DNA from: a bacterium
GTDB lineage: Bacteria > Patescibacteriota > Saccharimonadia > CAILAD01 > JADZBC01
Reading direction: 5' to 3'
Assembly (NCBI GenBank): GCA_020852295.1
Contig: JADZBC010000009.1
Location: 7,081-71,080 of the forward strand
Length of the DNA stretch: 64,000 nucleotides
Shown here: in pieces, positions 26,951 to 35,426 of the stretch
Position numbering within the stretch: the stretch's first letter is position 1
Layout of the letters: each line of letters begins with the position of its first letter
Notes under the pieces: generated by a model
What the model saw: only the letters and a program-made list of their open reading frames with translations
Told to the model about the DNA's origin: nothing
Database searches by the model: none
Translations under genes and position numbers: made by a program

Positions 26951-27339
26951 TAAAAGTTACCTCCGGCGATTATCAAGTTAAGAATAACCCTCATAGATAC
27001 AAGAACAAACAATCCTGTTATCGAGGTTACTATTCGTTTTTTCGCCGCCTTAATTCCGTCCGGTTGACCCGCAGAAGTAATGAGTTGGATTGAGCTGATA
27101 ATAATAACCAGGACAGCCACCCCGCCGATAAGCCCAGTTACCCAGTTGGCAATCCCGTTAATTAGCATGATTGTTGCGTTTTCGCCGCCCGCACCGCATA
27201 TCGCACTAAGCCCAGGTGTACCTACCGTCACGTTGCCGCATTGTGCCGCATGAGCCGGTGTGCCACTCATAGCAACGAGTAGTGCGCCAATCAGTGTTTG
27301 TAATATTCTACCTTTGAGATTTTCCTGTTGCGCATCCAT
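26950..27339 (-). CDS. VirB2/TrbC-like pilin-family protein, paralog 1 of 6, closest to the divergent VirB6-like operon.
   Basis: Signal peptide ...AMSGTPAHAAQC, Cys pair, then module MLINGIANWVTGLIGGVAVLVIIISSIQLITSAGQPDGIKAAKKRIVTSITGLFVLVSMRVILNL. Confidence 0.55.
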   Translation of the reverse strand: MDAQQENLKGRILQTLIGALLVAMSGTPAHAAQCGNVTVGTPGLSAICGAGGENATIMLINGIANWVTGLIGGVAVLVIIISSIQLITSAGQPDGIKAAKKRIVTSITGLFVLVSMRVILNLIIAGGNF

Positions 27340-27429
27340 ATAGGTATATTCTACGATTGTAAATCGGGCGAGTCAAAGTGAAGAGTTTCGATTGCCCGAA
27401 CACCATAAAAAGTTTATGATGAGTCTAAT

Positions 27430-30400
27430 ATGAGAGTGCGAGGGACAAAATATAGCAGGGCGCTATCGAGGATGCTTGGTCTGGCTGTATTTGTCATCGC
27501 CCTAACTGCTGTTTTCGGTATATTCAGCGCTCCCCGCGCCGAAGCTGCGATCAATAAGGACTGGGTCCAGCCAGCCTGGAGGGATGGGATTGGTGATAAT
27601 GGAACCGACGACGAAAGCAGGATACACTGTGGCTTCTTGTCCTCAGCACGCATCGTGTGCGAACAAAAGATTGGTGGGGTTTCGGGTGCGGATGACACGT
27701 TTGATTTTTGGTATGACCCAATAAACAGCAAGAAGTATGCATCTCTAGATGTTTTCCGATCAGATTCTGGACAGAACGCCGGAGATGGCGACCAGGGGTG
27801 GATCGTCTGTAGTATACAGGGAGGTTATGCCGAGGACACCTGCTACGCCCTCAAGGACCTGACTGATACAACCGCCCAAGGCTACACCTCTGGAAGACCC
27901 GTGACCGGGTGGAGCTACAAGGGTATTGACTTAGCCCCTTCAAAAGACTGGTCGATAGATAATGTCGGCGAGTTCGATAAAGATCCGGACTGGAAGGGGA
28001 TAGATACGGACGCCGATCGGGATAAGATATGTAACATAAAAATGTTTAGTGGCGATGCGCCGCCGCCAAGTACGTGCATTACGGGCTTCAATGGCACTAG
28101 GGACGTAGATATATCAGCACTGAGTAGTTTTGTTAGTGGATATCCTCAGTGGCGTGATGCCGATGCCCTCAAACGCGCCTGCGACAACGCCGTTGGGATA
28201 CTTAGTTTTATAATCTGCCCGATCATTGGCTATATGAACAACACGATAGTTGCCATGATTGGGAAAGAGAATCTACCTTCGGGAAGGCTAAATGGTAGTT
28301 TTCCGGCAGAAGGGCAAACGCCGTCTGAACCCAAGGGCTTACTCATTTCTCTTTTAGAAGTGCGTCCCCTACTAGCAAAGGTGAGTAGTGGAGGGGGTTC
28401 TTTCGGTGACGCCACTCCTGCCTCGGGATCTGCTGTTACCTCTGGTATCTGTGACGACGCAAGCGATCCAGGGGGCGCAGACACAGCCTACACCTGCTCC
28501 ATAAAAGTCATGTGGAACAACATGAAGAACATCACGCTCACGATCTTTATATTGATATTCTTAGTAATTATATTTGCTAACGTGGCTACGATAGGCATTG
28601 ACAATTACACAATTAAAAAGATGCTGCCCAGACTTGTTGCGGCGGCTATACTGATACAGTTTTCGCTACTTATAGTAAGCCTACTGGTAGATATCTTTAA
28701 TATCTTTGGTAAAACCGTATCGGGTCTTATCCTATCACTGGCGCCTGCGACATCTGTATGCTCGACTGTAGCTACTGGTCCCAGCGGCACAGGGGCCGGT
28801 AAGGTTGTGCTTGGAGCAGGATTGGGCGTTGGTGTAACAGCCCTTCTCGCTAGTCCTGTTGGAGGACCTATAGCGCTCGTTGGAGTCGTTGTGATAATCG
28901 TCCTTGTGGTTATGATCGCTATAGCCGCCATCGGTGCATTTATCGCCCTGCTTGCGAGACAGCTCATAATCTTCGCTCTCGTTCTTACGGCGCCTTTGGC
29001 TTTCGCTGCATGGATCCTACCGGGAACTGAAAAATACTTCAAGCTCTGGCGTGATAACCTTATTAAGTCACTCGCCATGTTCCCAATCGCAGTTTCTATG
29101 CTTGCTGCGGCAGTACTGTTTAGTACTACCGTTATTCAGGTAAGCGCTTGCGAGCAAGAATTTAGCCTGTCCACAATCATGGCTGCGCTCGTACCAATGG
29201 TAGCGCTGCTGATGCTGCCGAAGACTTTCAAATGGGGCGGCAACCTAACCTCGGCCATCGCGGGCGGCATCATGGGTGCAGCCGTAGCTCGATCAAAAGG
29301 GGTCGGTAGCGCTGCCTCCCGCTACGGCAAAAATCAAGTTAAGAAGGGTGCTTCGGGTCTAAAAAATGCAGCGCAAGACCGACTGAGCCAAACTGGTTTT
29401 GGTCAAAACACCAAGACCGGCCGCTTCTTGTCGGGCGGCGGACTGTTCGCTTCATATGCAGGCACTACCGGAAGCCGGCAGGCTGTAGCAGCGCGTAAAA
29501 ATGCCGCCCAGTCTGCGGCAGATAGAGAGGCAGCAAACCTACTTCGCCAAGCAAATAGTTTAGATGCCGATGCACGCAATACCAACCTCTCTGGAAGACG
29601 GCGAGCGGCGGCTGCAAGAGAACGAGACAGAATCCGCGAAAAGCTCTACGGCAGTAGCGCCACTCCTGCTATGCGGGCTGCTGCCCTAAACGCAGCGGCA
29701 AATGCAGGCGACCACCAAACATTAACAGCAATACATGGCGAATACAGTAGGCGGCGCAACGGCGCGCAGGAGTGGCAGGAAGCACTTAACTCTACCGGCT
29801 CACATGATGCAGTAGCGGCCACCATGCATGCCCATGCACAGACACTTGCACCCGGTAGTGCTGAGCGAAATAGCATCAACCAAATGCTTACCGGCGCGGG
29901 TGCTACACCTAAGCTGCGCGCAGCCGCGGTAAAGACCATGGCAGCAGCGGGCGATGGCGCTGGACTGGTTGCTGCGCATGAGAACACAGTACGTGCCGGC
30001 GGCCAACAGGCGTGGCTGGACGCTATTAATGCCAACCCTGGTTCAATGAAAGCTGTCGCTGATGCAGTATCTACCCACGCTTCTGGCATGACTGGGTCAA
30101 TTTATGCCGGCGCACCTGACTATAACCATGATAAAGCAGCCGCCCTGTCAGTCATAACAGGACAACAGGCAAGTCCGGCACTTCGTTCTGCAGCGTTAGG
30201 TACCCTTGCGAAGTCTGGCAATGAGGAAGGTATTGAGGCTGTTCGCCAAAGCATCCGCGCCGCGCACACAGACCGCACTACGGGCGTAGTAGACGAGGTT
30301 GCTGCTGGTCAAGAATGGGCGCGTGCGGTACAAGCAAATTATGGGGACTTCGACAAGGTTCCACACTTGCGACCATTTGCCGACGCCGAGCGCGCCGGTG

Positions 30401-31728
30401 AAGCAGCCAAGCTGACCGCCGGATCTTTTGCCGATGTGGCAGGGGGCGTAAAAAAGACACTTACTCGCCCAGAATTCTTAGAATCAACACTCTCGCCAAA
30501 AGTGATTACTGAGGCTACCGATGTGCAGCGCACCTCAATTCCGCAGGCAGCGAGGGAGAATATTGGACTTTGGGCTCACGGCGCAGCTAATGAAGTAGAC
30601 GCAAGCGGTCAGCCCGTAATGACGGCAGCTCGTCGGGCAGCTGAACTTAGGGCAGCCGGCCACCGAACTGAAGCGGATGCTGTTGAAGCCAGGGCGAATG
30701 AGTATAAGACTGTGCTAGACCGAAATGGCAACTGGACCGCACCAGCAGCCGGCGCACCCGCCGGCTCAGGCGGATCCTCATCCACAGGGACTGGCTCGTC
30801 TGGAGGCTCCACCACAATGCCACGCGGTGCTGCTGGTGGCCACACAGGAACCGTCAACGCAAGTGGGCTCTGGGTGCCTAATAGCACAGGAGGCTCTGCA
30901 CGATCAGGGTCTGGCCCATCTACGGGACCTACACCGCCTCCTGGAGGAGCACCACCGCCACCTCCTCCACCGACTGGCGGCCCCGGACCAAGCACACCGC
31001 CACCTACGGGACCTACACCGCCTCCTGGAGGAGCACCGCCGCCTCCTCCTCCAACCGCAAGCTTTGACCCACTTGGCTCAGACCTTGACCCGGGCTATGG
31101 GGCAAATAGGGAAGCTCAGTCTCGTATCTTGGCGGATATGGCGGCAGGCAAGAGCGCGAGCGAAGCAGCTGCAACACACCTAGATTCTGGCTCATCGCCA
31201 TTTGATATCGGCGAACTCCCTGGCTCCTCATTGCCAGCAGGTGAGAGAAGTGCCTGGACTCCTCCATCTGAGCGAGCAGCCGACTGGACCCCACCGACTC
31301 CACTGCCAGCCGAAACTCCAGCACCAACTAGTCCGATTGATGATTCCGTGCGATCCACCGCATCCTCAAGCAATACAACCACAGGCACAACTGTCCAGGG
31401 CTCCTCATCCGATGAATCTAGTGCGAGCAGCGGCAAGTCAGTCCCTACATCGTCAACTTCTGGTCGAGCAACTGGCAGCCGCGTCGACGCAGGCTCAAGT
31501 GTAGCAAGCGACTTGGCGCGCTATGATGCCGAAACACGAGCTCGTCAAGCGGCCGATCGTGCGAAAGAATCCGCCCGTGAAAGCTCTAAAGAAACTCGAA
31601 AGCTCATCGAGCGCACCGAAAAAAATAGACGTGAGGACATGAGAAGACTCGGCAACAGAATTGAGGGGGGCGGCGATACAGGTACAGAGGCAGAGGCTCC
31701 GCAAAACGACACAAGTAACGAAGAATAG
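27430..31728 (+). CDS. Giant VirB6/TrbL-like T4SS inner-membrane channel protein with an N-terminal secreted Cys-rich domain and a long Ala/Pro-rich disordered C-terminal tail.
   Basis: 1432 aa. Signal peptide, about 350 aa extracellular domain with many Cys, then 6-7 TM helices with a VirB6-like pattern (...ILIQFSLLIVSLLVDIFNIFG..., ...LLARQLIIFALVLTAPLAFAAWILPG...). After that come Ala-rich RAAAL repeats and PPPGGAPPPPPP tracts ending in a basic/acidic tail. Confidence 0.6.
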   Translation: MRVRGTKYSRALSRMLGLAVFVIALTAVFGIFSAPRAEAAINKDWVQPAWRDGIGDNGTDDESRIHCGFLSSARIVCEQKIGGVSGADDTFDFWYDPINSKKYASLDVFRSDSGQNAGDGDQGWIVCSIQGGYAEDTCYALKDLTDTTAQGYTSGRPVTGWSYKGIDLAPSKDWSIDNVGEFDKDPDWKGIDTDADRDKICNIKMFSGDAPPPSTCITGFNGTRDVDISALSSFVSGYPQWRDADALKRACDNAVGILSFIICPIIGYMNNTIVAMIGKENLPSGRLNGSFPAEGQTPSEPKGLLISLLEVRPLLAKVSSGGGSFGDATPASGSAVTSGICDDASDPGGADTAYTCSIKVMWNNMKNITLTIFILIFLVIIFANVATIGIDNYTIKKMLPRLVAAAILIQFSLLIVSLLVDIFNIFGKTVSGLILSLAPATSVCSTVATGPSGTGAGKVVLGAGLGVGVTALLASPVGGPIALVGVVVIIVLVVMIAIAAIGAFIALLARQLIIFALVLTAPLAFAAWILPGTEKYFKLWRDNLIKSLAMFPIAVSMLAAAVLFSTTVIQVSACEQEFSLSTIMAALVPMVALLMLPKTFKWGGNLTSAIAGGIMGAAVARSKGVGSAASRYGKNQVKKGASGLKNAAQDRLSQTGFGQNTKTGRFLSGGGLFASYAGTTGSRQAVAARKNAAQSAADREAANLLRQANSLDADARNTNLSGRRRAAAARERDRIREKLYGSSATPAMRAAALNAAANAGDHQTLTAIHGEYSRRRNGAQEWQEALNSTGSHDAVAATMHAHAQTLAPGSAERNSINQMLTGAGATPKLRAAAVKTMAAAGDGAGLVAAHENTVRAGGQQAWLDAINANPGSMKAVADAVSTHASGMTGSIYAGAPDYNHDKAAALSVITGQQASPALRSAALGTLAKSGNEEGIEAVRQSIRAAHTDRTTGVVDEVAAGQEWARAVQANYGDFDKVPHLRPFADAERAGEAAKLTAGSFADVAGGVKKTLTRPEFLESTLSPKVITEATDVQRTSIPQAARENIGLWAHGAANEVDASGQPVMTAARRAAELRAAGHRTEADAVEARANEYKTVLDRNGNWTAPAAGAPAGSGGSSSTGTGSSGGSTTMPRGAAGGHTGTVNASGLWVPNSTGGSARSGSGPSTGPTPPPGGAPPPPPPPTGGPGPSTPPPTGPTPPPGGAPPPPPPTASFDPLGSDLDPGYGANREAQSRILADMAAGKSASEAAATHLDSGSSPFDIGELPGSSLPAGERSAWTPPSERAADWTPPTPLPAETPAPTSPIDDSVRSTASSSNTTTGTTVQGSSSDESSASSGKSVPTSSTSGRATGSRVDAGSSVASDLARYDAETRARQAADRAKESARESSKETRKLIERTEKNRREDMRRLGNRIEGGGDTGTEAEAPQNDTSNEE
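30922..31051 (+). repeat. Imperfect direct repeat inside the VirB6-like gene: two 47-nt units with an 83-nt period, encoding GPTPPPGGAPPPPPP.
   Basis: acgggacctacaccgcctcctggaggagcaccRccgccRcctcctcc occurs at 30922-30968 and at 31005-31051. Confidence 0.7.
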
Positions 31729-31733
31729 TCACT

Positions 31734-32573
31734 ATGGGACAATATAAAGTACCACAAAACGTAGAAACCGAAGATAAGATCTTGGGTCCGCTGACGATCA
31801 AGCAGTTCATCTATGTGATCATTGCTCTAGCCTGGGGATTCATCATGTGGCGAATCTTCTCGGCGGCTATACCGATCGCAGTGCTTACCATTTTGCCGGT
31901 TAGTGGAGTGTTTTTAGCGCTCGGTCTCATCCAGCGAGAAGGACAAAGTTTTGAGAACTATTTTGTGGCAATGGTTCGTTACTTTTTCGTGCCGCGCATG
32001 CTGGTTTGGACCAAGGAGCCAGAAATGGTTCAGGCCATCAAGGCGCCAAAGAAGAAGGTCGACACCGGTCCAACTTATCGCCGTAGCCCTGACGAGATAC
32101 GTGGTGCACTCAAAAAACTAGCCACCGTTATCGATACACATGGCCAGTTTCAAAAAGGGGAGACGCTCCAGCTGGCGGATGACCAAAACGAAGCAGCCGA
32201 GATCAGTAAGCGCATCGCCGGGCCACAAAACCAGTCGCTTGAGCAGCATATCAACAACATGGCACAAGCAAGTGACGATATCCTTGATCCGAACAGCGCT
32301 CGCGCCGGCTCGGTCGGCAATTTGCTTCAAAATGTCGAACAAGACGTCCGTGCTCAAGCCAGGGCAACTATGGAAAAAGACCTCCTAAAGTCTGACCGAA
32401 AAACTGCCGACCTCATACCAACGAACGTGCAAGCTACTTCTCACACCCACGCCCAAGATGCTATACTCAAAATGGCTATGCAGAGCGGCGGCATATCTGT
32501 TTCACAGCTCGCCCAGCAAGCCAATCGCCACCTAACCCTTGAGGAGGGTAAGGCGGTCAAGATAGAGCAATAG
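31734..32573 (+). CDS. T4SS VirB3/PrgI-like small membrane protein (two TM helices) with a C-terminal soluble extension.
   Basis: Sits immediately upstream of VirB4. N-terminus ...EDKILGPLTIKQFIYVIIALAWGFIMW... followed by a second TM, the topology typical of VirB3/PrgI. The assignment rests on position and topology, not on a family match. Confidence 0.4.
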   Translation: MGQYKVPQNVETEDKILGPLTIKQFIYVIIALAWGFIMWRIFSAAIPIAVLTILPVSGVFLALGLIQREGQSFENYFVAMVRYFFVPRMLVWTKEPEMVQAIKAPKKKVDTGPTYRRSPDEIRGALKKLATVIDTHGQFQKGETLQLADDQNEAAEISKRIAGPQNQSLEQHINNMAQASDDILDPNSARAGSVGNLLQNVEQDVRAQARATMEKDLLKSDRKTADLIPTNVQATSHTHAQDAILKMAMQSGGISVSQLAQQANRHLTLEEGKAVKIEQ

Positions 32574-32613
32574 CCCTATCTAACCCGTGTGAATTATCAA
32601 GGAGAGTGGAGTT

Positions 32614-33531
32614 TTGCAGCCACAGGCCAATGCAAATCAAAATCCAGCTGCACCAGTCGCAGCTAATGCTGATCCTTCGGCAACACCGCCGAAAAAAGCA
32701 AAGGACCTGCGACAAAGTACGCAGAATCACTTACTGTTATCAGAAATACGTGATGGCATAGTGGTGATGCGCGATGGTAGCCTTCGCATGGTTATCATGG
32801 CTTCTGCGCTCAATTTCGACCTCAAAAGTCCCCAAGAACAAGATGCGATCGAAAGCTCGTATCAAGGATTTCTTAACGGTCTTCATTTCCCAATCCAAAT
32901 CCTAGTACGGTCTCGTCGAATGAACCTCGACAACTATCTGGCCGAGCTGGAGAGACTCCAAGGTGAACAAGAAAACCAACTCCTCGCTGGTCTCATGGAA
33001 GACTATATCTACAACATTCGCGGCCTCATTCAGGACATCAACATCATGGATAAGGAGTTTTACATCGTCGTACCTTATTACACGCTAGCGGTCACCAAGG
33101 AAGGTTTGGCCAGCAAGGTTCGTAAGGTATTTGAGGGTAATCGCGAGGTGAGCCAAACTGCTGAGACATTTGAGGCACACAAGCGAGATCTTATACAGCG
33201 CACCAACCTCGTTGCCCAGGGACTTGCACAAATGGGTGTTCGTGCGGCAGTACTGAATACCCAGGAGCTGATTGAGCTCTTTTACTCCGTCTACAACGAA
33301 GACGAATCACAGAGCCAGTCGCTCGTCGAAGTGGATGAACTTACGACCCCTATTGTAGAGCGAGGCAACGCAGCCCCAATGCCGGCCGGCCCGCCGCCGC
33401 CAGCACCGATCGAGCCAGATGACATGTATACTGCAGCTCAGCGTGAGGGTATTGGGGCACAAGCAACGGCTGCGCCACAAGCGGCCGATCCAAATGCCTA
33501 CCAGCAGCCACCACAAGGGGGGCAGCAGTAA
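32614..33531 (+). CDS. VirB4/TrbE-family N-terminal domain encoded as a separate ORF, with Q/P-rich termini.
   Basis: RMVIMASALNFDLKSPQEQDAIESSYQGFLNGLHFPIQILVRSRRMNLDNYL matches the conserved N-terminal region of VirB4/CagE/TrbE. It ends in a TAATG overlap with the next ORF. Confidence 0.6.
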   Translation: MQPQANANQNPAAPVAANADPSATPPKKAKDLRQSTQNHLLLSEIRDGIVVMRDGSLRMVIMASALNFDLKSPQEQDAIESSYQGFLNGLHFPIQILVRSRRMNLDNYLAELERLQGEQENQLLAGLMEDYIYNIRGLIQDINIMDKEFYIVVPYYTLAVTKEGLASKVRKVFEGNREVSQTAETFEAHKRDLIQRTNLVAQGLAQMGVRAAVLNTQELIELFYSVYNEDESQSQSLVEVDELTTPIVERGNAAPMPAGPPPPAPIEPDDMYTAAQREGIGAQATAAPQAADPNAYQQPPQGGQQ

Positions 33532-35426
33532 TGGGTCTCTTTGGCAACAAGCAACCTCAACAGCCCCAAGTCGATCCGCAGGCAGCCGCTCAAGCTGCGC
33601 AAAATGCGCAGGCAGAGGCCGTCTATCGACAAGGTGTGGTGACGCTTCGTGACACCATCGCTCCGTCATCCTTCGAGATAGAAAGTAACTTCATTAAGAT
33701 CGGCAAGCGCTATGCACGAACGCTGTTTGTCTATGGATACCCTCGTACGCTCTTTACTGGCTGGCTCAGCCCGCTCATCAACCTAGACGAGGTTATCGAC
33801 ATCAGTATGTTTATCGAGCCAGTCGAAAGCCGAGTGGTACTCGAAAACCTTCGCAAAAAAGTAGGGCAACTTGAAGCTAGCATCACTATCAACCAAGAAA
33901 AGGGCATGGTGCGTGATCCGGGCCTGGAAGCGGCAGTCCAAGATGCCGAGGAACTCCGTGACGCCCTACAGGTTGGAGAAGAACGCTTCTTCCGCTTTGG
34001 ACTGTACTTCACAATCTACGGCAAAGACCTCGAGGAGCTCGACCTCGTTCAGCGCAAAGTCGAGAGTATGCTTGGTAGTAGCCTGATCTATACCAAACCA
34101 GCCACTATTCAGATGGAGCAAGGCTTCAACTCCTCGGTACCAATTGCGACCGACCTACTTGGCATCAGCCGCAATATGAACACAGGCTCACTCTCAACAA
34201 GCTTTCCTTTTACGACTGCGGAGCTTAGTCAGGATAAGGGAATTATGTATGGCGTTAATCGGCACAATAACAGCCTGGTTATCTTTGACCGGTTTAGCTT
34301 AGAAAACGCCAATATGGCCGTCTTTGCTAAATCTGGTGGTGGTAAGAGTTTTGCGGTCAAGCTTGAATGCCTGCGCTCGCTCATGATGGGTACCGAAATC
34401 ATCATTATCGACCCAGAAAACGAATATAAGACCCTGTGTGACGCAGTCGGGGGTGGCTTTTTACGCCTCTCGCTGGCCAGTGACACCCGCATCAATCCAT
34501 TTGACCTGCCTCAGACAGTAGACCCAGAAGAAGCCGACAATGCGCTTCGAGCCAATATTATTATGCTCACTGGACTCATCCGACTGATGTGTGGCGACCT
34601 TTCGCAAACCGAGCTGGCCGACCTCGATGTGGCGCTCATCAATACTTACGCCGAAAAGGGGATTACCAATGACCCTCTCACGCATACTGCCGTGCCGCCA
34701 ACCATGACCGACCTGTACAACACCCTCATCAGCATGGGCGGGACCGGCCCATCAATTGCTGCTCGTTTGCGCCGCTACGTTGAAGGTACCTTCTCTGGAA
34801 TCTTCTCACAGCAGTCCAATGTCGACCTGAACTCAAAGTTCGTCGTGTTCAATATTCGTGACCTGGAAGACGAAATGCGACCGATCGGCATGTACATCAC
34901 ACTTAACTATATCTGGAATCGCGTGAAGAGCGAGAAGAAAAAGCGCATTCTCGTGGTGGATGAAGCCTGGCAACTTATGCAATATCAAGAATCGGCTCAG
35001 TTTATGTTCTCGATCGCCAAGCGTGCCCGTAAGTATTACCTTGGACTTACTACGATCTCGCAGGACGTCGAGGATTTCTTAAGTACCCGCCTTGGACGTG
35101 CAGTCGTCAGCAACTCATCACTCCAGCTCCTGCTTAAGCAATCACCATCGGCTGTCGATATTGTAGCTGATACCTTCAAATTAACTTCCGAGGAGCGCAA
35201 CCGCCTCACACAGTTCCCAGTCGGTGAAGGGCTATTCTTTGCTGGACTGTCGCACGTGATTCTGCGTATTCTTGCTTCTCCTACAGAAGAACAACTCATC
35301 ACCACCAACCCACAACAATTGCTCGACCGCGAAGCTGCCACACAGGCACAAACCCTGACTGACGAACTAACCGCTGGGCCCGTTGAGCTGGCGCAGCAGA
35401 CAGATGCTGGAGTAGCAAATGGCTAG
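33531..35426 (+). CDS. VirB4/TrbE-family T4SS ATPase, C-terminal ATPase portion.
   Basis: Walker A AVFAKSGGGKSF, Walker B ILVVDEAWQLM, and VirB4-type motifs (IIIDPENEY, RKYYLGLTTISQDVEDF). Confidence 0.85.
   Translation: MGLFGNKQPQQPQVDPQAAAQAAQNAQAEAVYRQGVVTLRDTIAPSSFEIESNFIKIGKRYARTLFVYGYPRTLFTGWLSPLINLDEVIDISMFIEPVESRVVLENLRKKVGQLEASITINQEKGMVRDPGLEAAVQDAEELRDALQVGEERFFRFGLYFTIYGKDLEELDLVQRKVESMLGSSLIYTKPATIQMEQGFNSSVPIATDLLGISRNMNTGSLSTSFPFTTAELSQDKGIMYGVNRHNNSLVIFDRFSLENANMAVFAKSGGGKSFAVKLECLRSLMMGTEIIIIDPENEYKTLCDAVGGGFLRLSLASDTRINPFDLPQTVDPEEADNALRANIIMLTGLIRLMCGDLSQTELADLDVALINTYAEKGITNDPLTHTAVPPTMTDLYNTLISMGGTGPSIAARLRRYVEGTFSGIFSQQSNVDLNSKFVVFNIRDLEDEMRPIGMYITLNYIWNRVKSEKKKRILVVDEAWQLMQYQESAQFMFSIAKRARKYYLGLTTISQDVEDFLSTRLGRAVVSNSSLQLLLKQSPSAVDIVADTFKLTSEERNRLTQFPVGEGLFFAGLSHVILRILASPTEEQLITTNPQQLLDREAATQAQTLTDELTAGPVELAQQTDAGVANG

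Noticed and set aside
29646-31504. Multiple 60-150-aa ORFs on both strands inside the Ala/Pro-rich tail of the VirB6-like gene
   Set aside because: Low-complexity GC-rich repeats generate open frames in all phases. They are nested in a 1432-aa ORF with consistent codon usage, so they were treated as spurious.
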